A stretch of 64,000 nt of DNA. Origin: Podarcis cretensis. Taxonomy: Eukaryota. Location: contig OX638166.1 in assembly GCA_951804945.1 (NCBI GenBank), positions 15,872,001 to 15,936,000 of the forward strand. Direction: 5' to 3'. Positions 26,025 through 39,379 of the stretch are shown here, piece by piece. Made by a program: the position numbers and the translations under genes. The notes beneath the pieces were generated by a model, which saw only the letters and a list, made by a program, of their open reading frames with translations, was not told where the DNA came from and made no database searches. Numbering within the stretch: position 1 is the stretch's first letter; each line of letters starts with the position of its first letter.

Positions 26025-26874
26025 CAGGGGTCAGCAGACTTTTTCAGCAGGGGGCTGGTTCACTGTTCCTCAGACCTTGTGGGGGGCTGGACTATATTTT
26101 GAAGGAAAGAAAATGAACGAATTCCTATGCCCCACAAATAACCCAGAAATGCATTTTAAATAAAAGCACACATTCTACTCATGTAAAAACACCAGGCAGG
26201 CCCCACAAATAACCCAGAGATGCATTTTAAATAAAAGCACACATTCTACTCATGTAAAAACACGCTGATTCCTGGACCATCCGCAGGCCAGATTTAGAAG
26301 GCAATTTGGCAGGATCCAGCCCCCGGGTCTTAGTTTACCTTAAAAAAAGGGGAGGAGGTAAAGGACCCTTGACAGTTAAGTCCAGTCACGAACAACTCTG
26401 GGGTTGCGGCACTCATCTCGCTTTACTGGCCGAGGGGGGCCAATGTTTGTCCACAGACATTTTTTCCAGGTCATGTGGCCAGTCATGTGCCTAAGGTAAA
26501 GGTAAAGGTACCCCTGCCCGTACGGGCCAGTCTTGCCAGACTCTAGGGTTGTGCACTCATCTCACTCTAGAGGCCGGGAGCCAGCGCTGTCCGCAGACAC
26601 TTCCAGGTCACGTGGCCAGCGTCACAAGCTGCATCTGGCGAGCCAGCGCAGCACACGGAACGCCGTTTACCTTCCTGCTGGTAAGCGGTCCCTATTTATC
26701 TACTTGCACCCAGGGGTTCTTTCGAACTGCTAGGTTGGCAGGCGCTGGGACCAAGCGACGGGAGCGCACCCCGCCACGGGGATTCGAACCGCCGACCATG
26801 CGATCGGCAAGTCCTAGGCGCTGAGGCTTTTACCCACAGCGCCACCCGCGTCCCTAGTCATGTGCCTACCCATG
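26025..26874. mobile_element. hAT MITE family B, copy 3, carrying nested SINEs
   Basis: Exact 8-bp TSD CCCTAATC (26017-26024, 26875-26882); internal 71-bp-period duplication. Confidence 0.88.
26494..26854 (-). mobile_element. Sauria SINE, young variant subfamily
   Basis: CpG-rich; 13-bp TSD AGTCATGTGCCTA (26481-26493, 26856-26868). Confidence 0.9.
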
Positions 26875-27494
26875 CCCTAATCTTATAAATTAACTCAGTG
26901 GAATACTTGGTCTTGTTCCACCAGCATAGTACAGTGCCTATGTCTGCTGTTGGCATTTCAGAATCCAAATAATTGAATTGGTCACCAATAAAAGGCGGAG
27001 CTAATGCAGGCAGCTATGTGCTGTTGTTAGGAAGCCTTGATCTTTATGGTAAATGGATCACCAAGAGAATGGTTGCTGCAGCCCCTCCAGGCAACACTGA
27101 ATCTTCCAGCATTTCAAAGTCTCAAACCACATCAGGATATAGTATGCAGATTTGCCAAAAGAATGAAATACATTGCAATTATCAGTTAAGTGTGTTCATC
27201 CCCAAGGTAGGGAATAACTACTAAACTTGTGACTGTTACCCTAAATAAATAGCCAAGCTCAGTAGTTATGGGTTGACTGGAAGAAGAAAGCAGATGCAAG
27301 GTACCATTACAGAATGCTAGCATTGATATGCCCCTTAAAAGTTAAGATTTCCCTTCAGGCATTTTGCATAACTGCACCACAATAATCTAAATTTGCAGAA
27401 CCACAAGATATGCATGTGCTTTTTTCTGGATGTGTGCTAAATGCAGTTTTGAGTGCTGATTGTGATGAATCCCCTCTGTTGTTCTAAGCTTATA

Positions 27495-27552
27495 CCTAGT
27501 TTATGCCTATGCCTAGTTTATGCCTATGCCTAGTTTATGCCTATGCCTAGTT
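27495..27552. repeat. 17-bp tandem repeat, ~3.4 copies
   Basis: Unit CCTAGTTTATGCCTATG, perfect copies. Confidence 0.9.
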
Positions 27553-27990
27553 CTGCTCAGAATGATCATCTTGTATTGTTCATGATTTTTTGTGCAATAT
27601 TTCAAACAGCATTTACTACTGTGCATTTGGGGTTTAATTCTCTTCAAATAGGATAGGACTCTGTTGGGCACCTCATTGTTGATTTGGAGTGTAACCAATG
27701 TTGGACACACCTGTAACATGTACAGTAAAATTGCTCTAAGCATTGAGGCCCAGTGCAGAGAGAATTGGTTTGGCTGTAACTATCCAAAGTACTCAAGATT
27801 AGTAACCATGCTTTTGATATTGCTTTGCTTAGACAAACCACAGTTTGTCCCAGTTTGACCAGAACCCTGGAGGTACTCCCAACCTTTTTGCCCTGGTTGA
27901 GAGTGTTGCATACACTTCCATCTTCATGGGAATCTGTGCATAAGTATAACATATATTTAACACAAGTAGCCCTGTTTGCTGGAACTTGTA

Positions 27991-28230
27991 CAGTCAAACC
28001 TCGGTTGTTGAACGGCTCCGTTTTCAAACGTTTCGGCTTCTGAACGCCGAAAACCTGGAAGTAAATGCTCCGGTTTTCTAACGTTTTTTGGAAGCCGAAC
28101 TTCTGAAGCGACTTCCACTTTAGTGCAGGAAGCTCTTGCAACCAATCGGAAGCTGCACCTCAGTTGTCGAATATTTCAGAAGCCGAATGGGCTTCCAGAA
28201 AGGATTAGTTCGACAACCAACGTTTGACTG
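27991..28230. mobile_element. Tc1/mariner MITE
   Basis: TA|CAGTCAAACCTCGGTTGT...ACAACCAACGTTTGACTG|TA. Confidence 0.8.
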
Positions 28231-30127
28231 TATAATGTTATAAGACTTGCCTGCTGAATCTGGGAGTTTCCTTGTGTTCTCACAATTTTAAACTTCATAA
28301 TCCATAAAAGCACATTATTTTTGTGTGTGTTAGTTATTGCTGAGCTTTTAGTTCAATCGCTAATCTGGCAAGCAACATGAAATGCTTGGCCTATTCCAAT
28401 TTAGCATCTAGTCCCTTAGTATTTACTTTAGCGTGTGGCTTGTCCAGAGGAAGACACTATCTGCCCTTTCCCTTAAAAGGATGGAGATGAGTCAAGAGGT
28501 CATAACAGCTGCATGTTCCTGTGGGTAAACAGAGAGATGGGAACTGCTTCGGACTCTCCCCTCCATTCCTTGCATAGCAGATGCTTGAATATCATGCTGA
28601 TGAAAATAGCCAGAGAACATTTAACAACTTGACCCCCAAGACCGTGGCTAATTTCTCCCACCATCAGTGCTATCTTAAGCATCCATTTTACATAAACAAA
28701 AGCATGACTTGACCATCCATAATCTGCAGATACAATGTTTGGGCTGGTTATAAAATCACAAGAAGACACCTGTATTTTTTATTTATTTATTTTGCTGTAA
28801 TCAACACTCCATTGCCTAATGATCACTTTGATTTTTGCAGTCATATACACTTGGAGAACCTTACTTTAAAAATACTATGAATACAAACAATTCTTTACTT
28901 ATTTTTGATGCAACTGTGAGGGCTACTGATTTTCTTTTTAAGTAAAGGAAAGCTAGGAACACTGATGCAGAAGTGCTCCGTGAAGGCGCATTGCTCGCAT
29001 CTGTCTTCAATAATGAATAGGCTGGCATGGAATGTTGTCTCTGTAGTGCTAAGAATGTCTAAACTCTTAACCAGCTGCTGCTGCTAGATTAGGGTGTTTA
29101 TTACCGAGCTATTTCTAAAAAGGAAAAGAGAGAGAGGGGTAGTCGTCTTTTAACAACAACAACAACCCCAAACTCAAAACTTTTTTCTAGTTCTGTTTCA
29201 GATGAATCTGAATTAAGTGAGAGAGGAGGCAGGCACTGCATAAACTGCCATAACGCCTTTCAAACTCACAGTTATCCAGTTATCCAGACTTTGCAATGCA
29301 GTTCTCTAACCAACCAGTGTTTACAAAAATGCATATGCTAGGTAGAAGTGAATATATAAATGAATATATTAGTGAAGATAATATATGAAAATGCATTATA
29401 TCAGGAAAAATCGCTTAGGGGAAAAACATCTGTGCGTTACTACAACTGCGTACCCAAAAATGCATTTAATAGGAGGCATATGCACTAAAATGCTGAAGAA
29501 TTTCCTTGAAGATTTTATTTAAAAAGACAATTTGCAAATTACTGTAGAAATGTGGAGAACCGAATTGAAGACTGGGAAAATGAGAAACCGAGAGAACCAA
29601 AATTGACAGATTTTTTCATCCTTACTCTGCAGAGACCTCTTCCCTGTTGCATAGCAAACGAACCTTGTTGAACCCCAACAGAATGTTCCCTTTACTGAAA
29701 ACAGCCACTGGTGGCATTCTGGGGAAATGCTTTGAAACAGGAACTGAAGAGAGGGGAAATGTTATTTGCTCCCATTGCTGTTAGAGATGGAAGGAAGTGT
29801 ATCTATACTGGGATCCATGGGGCAGTAGGGGCAAGGATTTTATGCCATGCAATTCAGGATATTGTTTCCTGCATTCATAATGGATAGGATTGTCTTGAGT
29901 TCTTTTCCCCCCTACCCCCGCCTAAAAAAAAAAAAAAAAAAAAAAAAAGATATCTTAACACAGTTATCACTTCGGGAGAAATACTATTTGTCATTCTTGG
30001 TAAACCCCACCCCCTCACTAACTAGCTGTCTTGTCCAGTCCCACTTCAATACTACCTCCAAAACTAAGGTGAATTCTAGCCTATTAAGATCTTAGAACCA
30101 TGGGCCAGACCCAAAACTTACTCAGAC

Positions 30128-30385
30128 TGTTAAGTTGTGGGTGAACATATCAGACGACACAGCGATTCTTCAAACAGCTCTTGTTTATTCACAGGCCAGA
30201 ACAGAACTGAACTGAAGGGTTCAGCCAGCCTGCTTATATAGAGCTCCACTAGAACGCAACAGTAACAATTTTCTGTAACTATCCAATCACTGAACGTTAC
30301 TTTCAATCCCTTATTTGCATATGTGGACCTGAACTATCTACACTATCCCCCTGCTGGCCCAGGGTGAGAACTTCAGTACATAACA
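30128..30385 (-). mobile_element. Solo LTR, family A
   Basis: TGTTAA...TAACA termini; TSD CAGAC/CATAC; the minus strand has ATGCAAAT, TATATAA and AATAAA in LTR order. Confidence 0.82.
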
Positions 30386-30680
30386 CATACTCTGGCCTTT
30401 CTCTGTACCAGAAAATGTACATGAAGTTGTATAGCAGGTATTGCCATAGTGCCCGAAAAAAAGTCTCTGTAAATATCCCTCACAATTGGATTGGATATCA
30501 GGGTTGGAGGAGAGGTGCCAAGAGTTAGTTTCTCTTGAGTGTGTGCAGCAATGGCTTTCCCCATTGATGGGGTGGCTTGTTCAAATGGTTTGTTCAAATA
30601 AGTCAGCTTCATAACCCAGAGTTTGGACTTGGCTTGTTTGAAGCAAACCATAAATTAATATTAACTACAGTTTGGACCAA

Positions 30681-31044
30681 GGGACGCAGGTGGCGCTGTG
30701 GGTTAAAGCCTCAGTGCCTAGGACTTGCCGATCGAAAGGTCGGCGGTTCGAATCCCTGCGGCGGGGTGCGCTCCCGCTGCTCGGTCCCAGCGCCTGCCAA
30801 CCTAGCAGTTCGAAAGCACCTCCGGGTGCAAGTAGATAAATAGGGACCGCTTACCAGCGGGAAGGTAAACGGCGTTTCCGTGTGCGACTCTGACTCGCCA
30901 GAGCAGCGATGTCACGCTGGCCACGTGACCCGGAAGTGTCTCCGGACAGCGCTGGCCCCTGGCCTCTTAAGTGAGATGGGCGCACAACCCCAGAGTCTGT
31001 CAAGACTGGCCCGTATGGGCAGGGGTACCTTTACCTTTACCTTT
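30681..31044 (+). mobile_element. Sauria SINE, young variant subfamily
   Basis: 14-bp TSD TACAGTTTGGACCA; (ACCTTT)n tail. Confidence 0.92.
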
Positions 31045-32709
31045 TACAGTTTGGACCATGGTGGAAAAGGAGTGGGAAGATTGCCTGAGCTCGAGACTTG
31101 GCCACAGCTTATCCCCATCAAAAGGAATTATGCTTTATCATGATATCCAAACTGGCCCATGCAGTCTATTGTCAAACTACAGCTTGGAGAAGTGGGAGCT
31201 TCAGAGGTTATCATCCTATTTTTGCTAATTGAGTTTGAGCTAAGCTCTTCCCAGGAAAAAAAAGCCTCTTAGTGAATTACTTATTCAGTTCCTCTGGGTG
31301 CAAGTGTGATGGTTGTTACTGCAGCTTATAATTGAAGCACAAGAGACCTTTGAGAAATATAACTTCAGCTCTTTTCCTTGTGTTAAATGTTCCCAATGAA
31401 AACCAAACCAAGTAGCTGAGAAATTCAGTGTGCCTTTTGCCATTTGTTTGGTGAAGTTGCCAAAGATGTTTAGGTACACAGCGCCATGGCAGGTACTCTG
31501 CCTTTCGATGGAACAAGATTTGAGGGTAAGAAAATAATTTGCTTTGTGCTGTCTGAAATCACAATATTTTCTGAATTATGAGAAACATTTGTTGGCCTGT
31601 GTTGTTGTTGTTGTTGTTGTTTAAGAATGTGATGTATGATAACCAGTTTTCTTTCTGGTTTTCATTTTGCAATAATTATATGTTTATATAATATCACTGA
31701 TTATGCACATACAAGCAAATACATCTACTGACAAAACTGTGATCCCTATCTGAAATGTAAATGAGGAACAGTGTTATTAAAGGGGAAGAAGTTTTAATCT
31801 AATACTTTAATTTTATAATTCATTGTGCCAAGGATTTAAACAAAATGTTTCAGATTCCAGAACAGCATTGCACCCCCCACCAGCTCTGATTATTGCAAGT
31901 TTTTATTATGTTCTGTTGGTTTCAACAGAGAAATCTCTATCATTTTGACAAGTAGGATCTGTGTCAAGTTTTCATGTGTTAAGGGGATGCTGTGGAGGGT
32001 GGGCTGTTGTGCACAGAGACTCATGGAACATTGCACCCCTTGTTACTGAAAGCCAGGCCATCCTGTGTCTGTGGAAATAACATATTTTGTCATTGCCCAT
32101 GCTAGCATCCCCAAGTGCTTTACGCACACCCATAGGAATAACCAGCAAGTATTCACTTACGTAAGAGAAAGTTAAGGGGTGCCCTTGTGGACAATGAGAC
32201 TTATACTAGCTACCTGACCCTGGTGGCATTGGCCATTTGAGAATCAATAGCCTGCTGATTTGTGTGTAGCATCACCTTTTCATCTGCATTGACCCATGCA
32301 AGGTTCTGTTTCTTGGTCAGTTTGCAGTGTGACAGAATGTCAAGAACTATCATTGGTTGGCTGGTTGTTCCCTGCAGCTCAAGAGAGGTAAAAGGTGAGA
32401 TAAGCCAATGGCTGTTCATGCCTAGGAGTTTTGTGCAGGAGTGTACTGGTGATATTCCAGAGCATCCTTCCCCCAACTTGGTGCCTCCTGTTGTTTTGTA
32501 CAATTCACATCATCCCCAGCTGAGGCCGATGATGGCGGTACAATATTCCAAATCATCTTAAGGGCACCAGGTTGGGTAAGGCTTCACGGTGCCAGTTGCC
32601 AAGAGTTGGGTTGCCTGGGTTGTGGCAATTTCTGCAATTCCGAATGGAAGACTAGGGAATAGCAAGATCAGCATTGTACTTCTGAGAGAGCACTCCAGTG
32701 CTCATTGGA

Positions 32710-32762
32710 TTCTTCTTCTTCTTCCTCTTCTTCCTCCTTCTCCTCTTCCTCTTCTTCTTCCT
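32710..32762. repeat. (CTT/CCT)n polypyrimidine microsatellite
   Basis: Directly visible. Confidence 0.85.
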
Positions 32763-33854
32763 CACTTGCTTTCTCTTGCATAGTTTACTGCTACAGTGCT
32801 CCAGACAGGGGAGATGGGTGGAGCAGTAGTCTGGAAAAAACTCCTGAGGCACTGCAAAGTCTCCCATTCCAGTTCACACAGCATGGCAGTGTCTGAGAAG
32901 GGAACACTTCTCAGTTCCTTAAATTGTTTAATACTCCATCCGCCTTCTAAATCAGATTACCTTGAGGCCACGTGGATGAAAGATATATATTGCAACAGTA
33001 GTGCTGATATATATATATATATATATTTAGAATAGTGGGAGAGCAGGAAAGTTTGGAAAAGTCTTGATGTTTAATGTGGTGAGTGACTGGGAGATCATGT
33101 GGTTAACTGTGCAGTCCTATGCTAGTCTGCTCAGAAGCAAGTTTTACTCCCAAGTAAAAAGATAGTGCTACTGTGGTTTTATAATTTGTTGGAAGCCATT
33201 CAGAATGGCTGGGGCAATCTGGTCAGATGGGTGGCAAATAATTCATTGTTGTTGTTGCTACTGCTGCTGCTGCTGCATAAATATAATCTGGGAGATCTGC
33301 AGTTCACTTTTTCAACCTAGCTTAGAAATCACTAGATAAGTAAGTGGCATACTTCCTTTGGGAAGTTCTTGGCCACACTTTCTGAGTCTCCCATCTGTAA
33401 TACAGGCCAACCTTATAGGGTTGTTGTAAGGAATACAGTGAGGATGCCCTGACCCAGCCGTTGATAGGGGTTGACCGGGAAACAGCTTGGATCCAAAGCC
33501 GTCTCAGTCCCCCTTACACCCACAAACTAGGGAGAGATTTAGACCAGCTTAATGGAAGTTCATTGATTTAACTGGGTCTGTTCTGAGTAAGACCAATATT
33601 GGGTACCACCCAATATATTTTACTTAATTTGTTTCAAGCATGGTTCTAGTGACCTTCATCGTATCAGATTTCAGGGTGGTGGTGTACAACATAAAACTTG
33701 CTTTTAGTTCTTTTCATCTGTTTAGATCCTACCTTGTTTGTGTATGCTTCATTCATGTTTTTAATTAAAGGACAATGCAATTAATTGATGGAGCATATGG
33801 GGGAGGGTGCGGATAGAATAGCTGACATTAACCTGCTGCTATGATTAGGCAAAA

Positions 33855-34360
33855 GGGACGCGGGTGGAGCTGTGGGTTAAACCACAGAGCCTAGGACTTG
33901 CCGATCAGAAGGTCGTGGTTCGAATCCCTGCAACGGGGTGATGGCCGAGTTTGGGGATGCCTGGTGTAGACAATACTGAGTGAGATGGTCTGACTCCATA
34001 TAAGTCAGCTTCATCTGTTCTTGATCTCTGCTGCTCATAACCTGTTCAATGAACAAATGAGAGGGTTCGGCGGTTCGAATCCCCATGATGGGGTGAGCTC
34101 CCATTGCTCGATCCCTGCTCCTGCCAACCTAGCAGTTCAAAAGCACGTCAAAGTGCAAGTAGATAAATAGGTACCACTCCGGCGGGAAGGTAAACGGCGT
34201 TTCTGTGTGCTGCTCTGGTTCGCCAAAAGCGGCTTAGTCATACTAGCCACATGACCCAGAAGCTGTACGCTGGCTCCCTCGACCAATAAAGCGAGATGAG
34301 GGCCGCAACCCCAGAGTCGGTCACGACTGGACCTAATGGTCAAGGGTCCCTTTACCTTTA
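33855..34360 (+). mobile_element. Sauria SINE with an internal ~120-bp foreign segment
   Basis: 14-bp TSD CTATGATTAGGCAA (33839-33852, 34361-34374); B-box region present twice. Confidence 0.88.
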
Positions 34361-36988
34361 CTATGATTAGGCAAGGAGAACATGTCCTATGCAATTCTTT
34401 AGATATTACATGTGCAATAAGAAGTAGCTCTTTTTATTTACTTTTAAAGTTGGCTTAGTGTTTTTAATTGTTTTTAAGTGTTTTTAAGTGTTTTAAGTGT
34501 TTTTAGTGTTTTTAAGACTTTGAAAAGTCTTGGAAAATGCAGTTGGTAACAGAAGTGCAGGACTGCAAAGATTATTTTATTTATTTGTCTTCACAATGGA
34601 GAATAAGTTATATTTCTGAATGTACAACAGCAGTGTAAATCAGGTGCAATCTTTTTCACTTTCTGAGAGAAAGTGGGCACTACATGCCACATACCAATTT
34701 GTTTCCAGAGAGTTATAGGAGAAAATTCTTTCCCCCCCCAGAGAAGACGAAAGAGGAAATGGGCAGGCAGGGAGGGAGGAACCATGATGGGATGCAAGAA
34801 TGGGAGAGGCTTTTTGGAAACATCAAGAGCCACATAAAATGAAGCTAGGACTTCTTGTGGTTGCTGAGGCACAGGTTGCCAATCTGTGGTCTAAATAAAA
34901 GGATGACTTCTTTCTCTGTAATCCGTTTTTGTTTTTGTTTTGTTTTTTGTTTTTGTTGTTGCATTCATTCTTTATGGTGATCTCTGCCGTGTAACTAAAC
35001 AATGCATTAGTCAATCAACACATTCAAAGTACTTGGAAAAGAATTGCACTGGAAGCGTCAATGAGTGCAAAAAGGAACTTGGATGCTATCTTTAAGTTTC
35101 TGTTCAAAGAAGCTCTCTGGGGAACTTCTGCTGCTGACTGAAAACGTGATGTCACGTGCCCTAAATGTTTTCTTATCTTGCAAAACACTTTGCTTTGCTA
35201 GATATTTAGTTTCTCTTCAGGCTAGATGAGTGCCAAGACCCATGAGTGGTACTATGTGGAGGACTAAACCTCTAACGAAGTAGGCTTAAGGAAAGGAAAG
35301 TAAAATTGTGTTGTGAATCAGGGTGGGTTGGAGGGGGGTGTCCCTTACTGGACTGCTCCTTTTTCTGTAAATGGGTTTCCCCAAAGCAAAACAAAATTCC
35401 AGTAGCTTGCCACCAGACAGGACAAACCTCCTGCCATACCCATGTCCATTCAGCCATATGGGGGAGTTTTTGAGTCCTTTCCCCCAGGTCCTTGCCTTCC
35501 AAAACCAGCTCTAACATAAATAAACAATGAGAGGAGCTTTGGACTTAAGTTCCCAGCCCCAAACCATCACCAGAACTTGTGAAGTGTCTTTAGGACACAA
35601 AACGTAGACTAGTCATGCCATTTTAGCACACGGGGGGGGGGGGGGGATTGATGAGAAGTTCCAGATATTTGCCTTTTAAAATCACTATAGCCAGATGTCT
35701 AAATATAAATTACATTGGGAGGGGTTAACAGTAGAAGTTTAATAGAAGGCAACAATTAGGCTTGTAAATAAAATTACTAAAGCCAATCTAACTTAGCTGG
35801 CAAAGTTCCTTGCAGAGACAAATTTCTGAGAGGGAACCATCTTGGGACTTCTGATCACATGCTTCCCAAGAATGCAAAAGCTTGAGGGTAAAACTTCACA
35901 TATTTATGGGAATCTGAAGCCCATAGGAGCCAGTCTACTTCCTAAAACTGATCGGCGTTTGACCTGATGGCAAAATGAGACACATGTCTGATGGCAGTCG
36001 TTTCTTTGGCCAACCCAAAAATTACTGTGAGCCTAGTTGCACTTTCCTAGTGACTCTAAACTTACACTAAAGAAGGCTTGGCAGGGTCAGCTCTGTCAAG
36101 CCACTGGATGGGTGGAGATTCAAAGGCACAGGACAGGGTATGCTTATTCATTCCTCGTGGCTGTATCAGAATATAGGGGCTTCTCACAAGTTGGGTTCTC
36201 TGGAATGGTGCAAGTTTCACACCAACATTCTATGCAGCAGTAAATATCCATAAAGTGCTTGCTGATTTCCTAGACATGTAGAACTAAAAGCAACTACATT
36301 TCCCCACCCACCCATAAAACCAGAAATATTTTTTTCCCCTTGAATGTACTGTTGACCTGGGAAGAAGAAATTCCTGTTAGAGTGAATGTAGCATGCTGCT
36401 ATCATATTGCATAATCAGAATATTAGTTTGCACTGATAAAATAAACACATGAGACATATGGGACGGGAAACGTTTGTTTTAGTTGAATGGATCACTTTAA
36501 TAGCATATTGTTTTACAATGCTTCTTGTGGCTCTTTGTACTTTCGGTTAAGACAAGCAAACAAAAGCTAGAGCTTGCCAAAATATAACTCACATTATAAG
36601 AAAATTTCTGCTTGGCAGTTATTTGCCTTCCCTTCTTCTTCATTGTACAAGTGTGTTGGTGAAAGGTGCTCTTCATAGCCTGAGTAAAAAATGTAATAGT
36701 CCTGTTTATGCTACAAATGAAATTATATGTTACGATAGAAAGAAGTAGGTTCGAAAGCTGGAACCGAAGATGTGCTTGCATGGTAGATGGTGATGGAAAA
36801 TCCAATGTGGAAGGTTCTTTTCTTTTATTTCCAGTGCAGATAACTGACTCTAAAGATGTGCTGCTATGTTTTTGTATTTTTAGGATTTTAACATTTCTTA
36901 TTGCACTATATTTGCACCACATTTTCGTTTCTCAGTTTCATCATTATCGATACGGTATTTATTATTTTGTAAAACACTTAAGTTACTA

Positions 36989-37337
36989 GGTAAAGGTAAA
37001 GGGACCCCTGACCATTAGGTCCAGTCGTGGACGACTCTGGGGTTGCTCATCTCACTTTATTGGCCAAGGGAGCCGGCGTACAGCTTTCGGGTCATGTGGC
37101 TAGCATGACTAGGCCACTTCTGGAGAACCAGAGCAGCGCACGGAAACACCATTTACCTTCCCGCCGGAGCGGTACCTATTTATGTACTTGCATTTTGACG
37201 TGCTTTCGAACTGCTAGGTTGGCAAGAGCAGGGACCAAGCAATGGGAGCTCACCCCATCGCGGGGATTCGAACCACCGACCTTCTGATCTGCAAGTCCTA
37301 GGCTCTGTGGTTTAACCCACAGTGCCACCCATGTCCC
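36989..37337 (-). mobile_element. Sauria SINE
   Basis: Full length; degenerate TSD TTAAGTTACTA/TTAAGGTACTA. Confidence 0.9.
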
Positions 37338-39159
37338 TCCTTTAAGGTACTAATCGATGTATATTTTAAAAATGCAAATTTATATTTTAAAAATAAATAT
37401 ACAAGTGATGCTAATTCAAGCTTTCAGTTGGTTTTAGCACCACCACCACTAATAGTAGCTGACTTCATAGAGTCATGATCTGTTGCCAATCCCATTTTAA
37501 GGCACATCTTGCCTTCAGAATGAATAAAAGCTGCAAGATGTCAGTAGCAGCAAAAAAAAAAAAAAAAAAAAAAGTTTGGGAACCACTGCATTAACAACTT
37601 GGGACTGGTTCATCAATATTGACTAGTATTCAATTCAGCTTAAGTTTTACACAGAAGTGGACATCTTGAAATTATATATCCCGAGTTAGTCATGTTCATT
37701 AATTTCAGTGGGTCTACTGTGAATAAACCCAATTAAATACTACCCAATAATAATATTATTTTCCCCTAAGTAGCAGTACAGAGATTTTTTAGTGGAAATT
37801 AACCTGGATGCTCTACTATCCTATCCTGTCCTGCCCTGTCTATCCTATAGTTACTGTAGGTTTATATAACTGAAGCATTATCCCTGATACCCTAATTTTC
37901 TATGTGCAGGGAGGTTTCCCCCCAGCTCATAGCCAAGTATTCAGCCTTGAACCTGAAGTAGGTCATTTCAAGAGAGACTTTAACATTCAATCCTGCTGAG
38001 TGTTCAAACTAACACACAACTTTAGAATGTAGAAGAGAAGGCAAGTGTTGGCCAGAAGACCAGTAAATACTTGCTCACACAGCAACACGTCCCATTGAAT
38101 TATGTGCGGGTTATTAAGACTAAGTAACTGTGCATAGAATCTCAGCCTAAACATTCTATAGCTCAGAATAACAAGCAACACTGATTGATACCTGATTATA
38201 AAATGAAACATTTTTTAAAAAAAATCTAAAAATCACTCTTAGTTAATGTGTGATATGTCTCCATCTTGCTTTTTCAGTCCTGAGATTAGATTTGATGTCC
38301 ATGTTAAGAGAAAGACCATATAGGATGCTGCAAAATATGTCTATTTATAGGGAAATCCTATTATTCAGTTAATGGTTCCAGTGGTGTTTTTGCACAATGT
38401 ATGCCACATTTCATTCTGAAGACGCTAGCTCTCCATACATGTGCTTTTTTACTTGTATGAATGCCATTTCAGATTCAGTGCAGATAGACTGATTTGTAGA
38501 AAAGAATATACTGGGACAATTTCTCTTTCTCCCCTCCCCACCCCTCAAAAATAATGTAGCATCTACAGCTATTCTTTAGAGGCTTGTGTTCTCCAGTCTA
38601 CCCCATAATTGCATTAGCATGTAAATGTCTTGATGGCCTGGTTTCCTGTGCCATTAAACTGACTTCAGGCACCTTAGGATGCTTGCAATCGAGGGCAGTT
38701 CCTTTTTGGAAAACACCGTTGCATTGGATTGTTTTGCCTGCCACCCCAGACCGAGGTGAGGAGTTAAAACATTGTGCATTTCTTATGCCTGAAAATGAGC
38801 AACAAATAATGGGCACTGAAAATAAAAGGGAATGTTTTTTGTTCTCTTCTGAACTTGTATTTATAGCCCAGGGATTTCACATAATTGGTTTTGCTAGATA
38901 TAAATTATTGGAACACACTGCATTGTGTGAACTACACTTTCCTTAGGAACAATGAATGCTTCAGTTTCCCTCGCTATGATGAATTGTATAGCCTATATTT
39001 TCAAGCAACGGTATATGCACACTGTTTTGCTCATCTAGCTGACACTCGCTACAGATTTAAATTGGTTTTGATATTCGTTCCCTCTCCTCTGGGAAACCTG
39101 GGAACTATAGTAAAGTTGGAGGGGCAGAGAGAAGATACAGCACTCAGCACGACTACATA

Positions 39160-39379
39160 CAGTGGTACCTCGGGTTACAGACACTTCAGGTTACAGAAGC
39201 TTCAGGTTATAGACTCCACTAACCCAGAAATAGTACCTTGAGTTAAGAACTTTGCTTCAGGATGAGAACAGCAACAGCAAGAGGTCCCATTAGCTAAAGT
39301 GGTGCTTCAGGTTAAGAACAGTTTGAGGTTAAGAATGGACCTCCAGAACGAATTAAGTTCTTAACCCGAGGTACCACTG
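39160..39379. mobile_element. Tc1/mariner (Tigger-like) MITE
   Basis: Same TIRs as 1201-1426, TA-flanked. Confidence 0.88.

Noticed and set aside
27495-27552. CRISPR-like repeat
   Set aside because: Contiguous tandem repeat without spacers, in vertebrate DNA.
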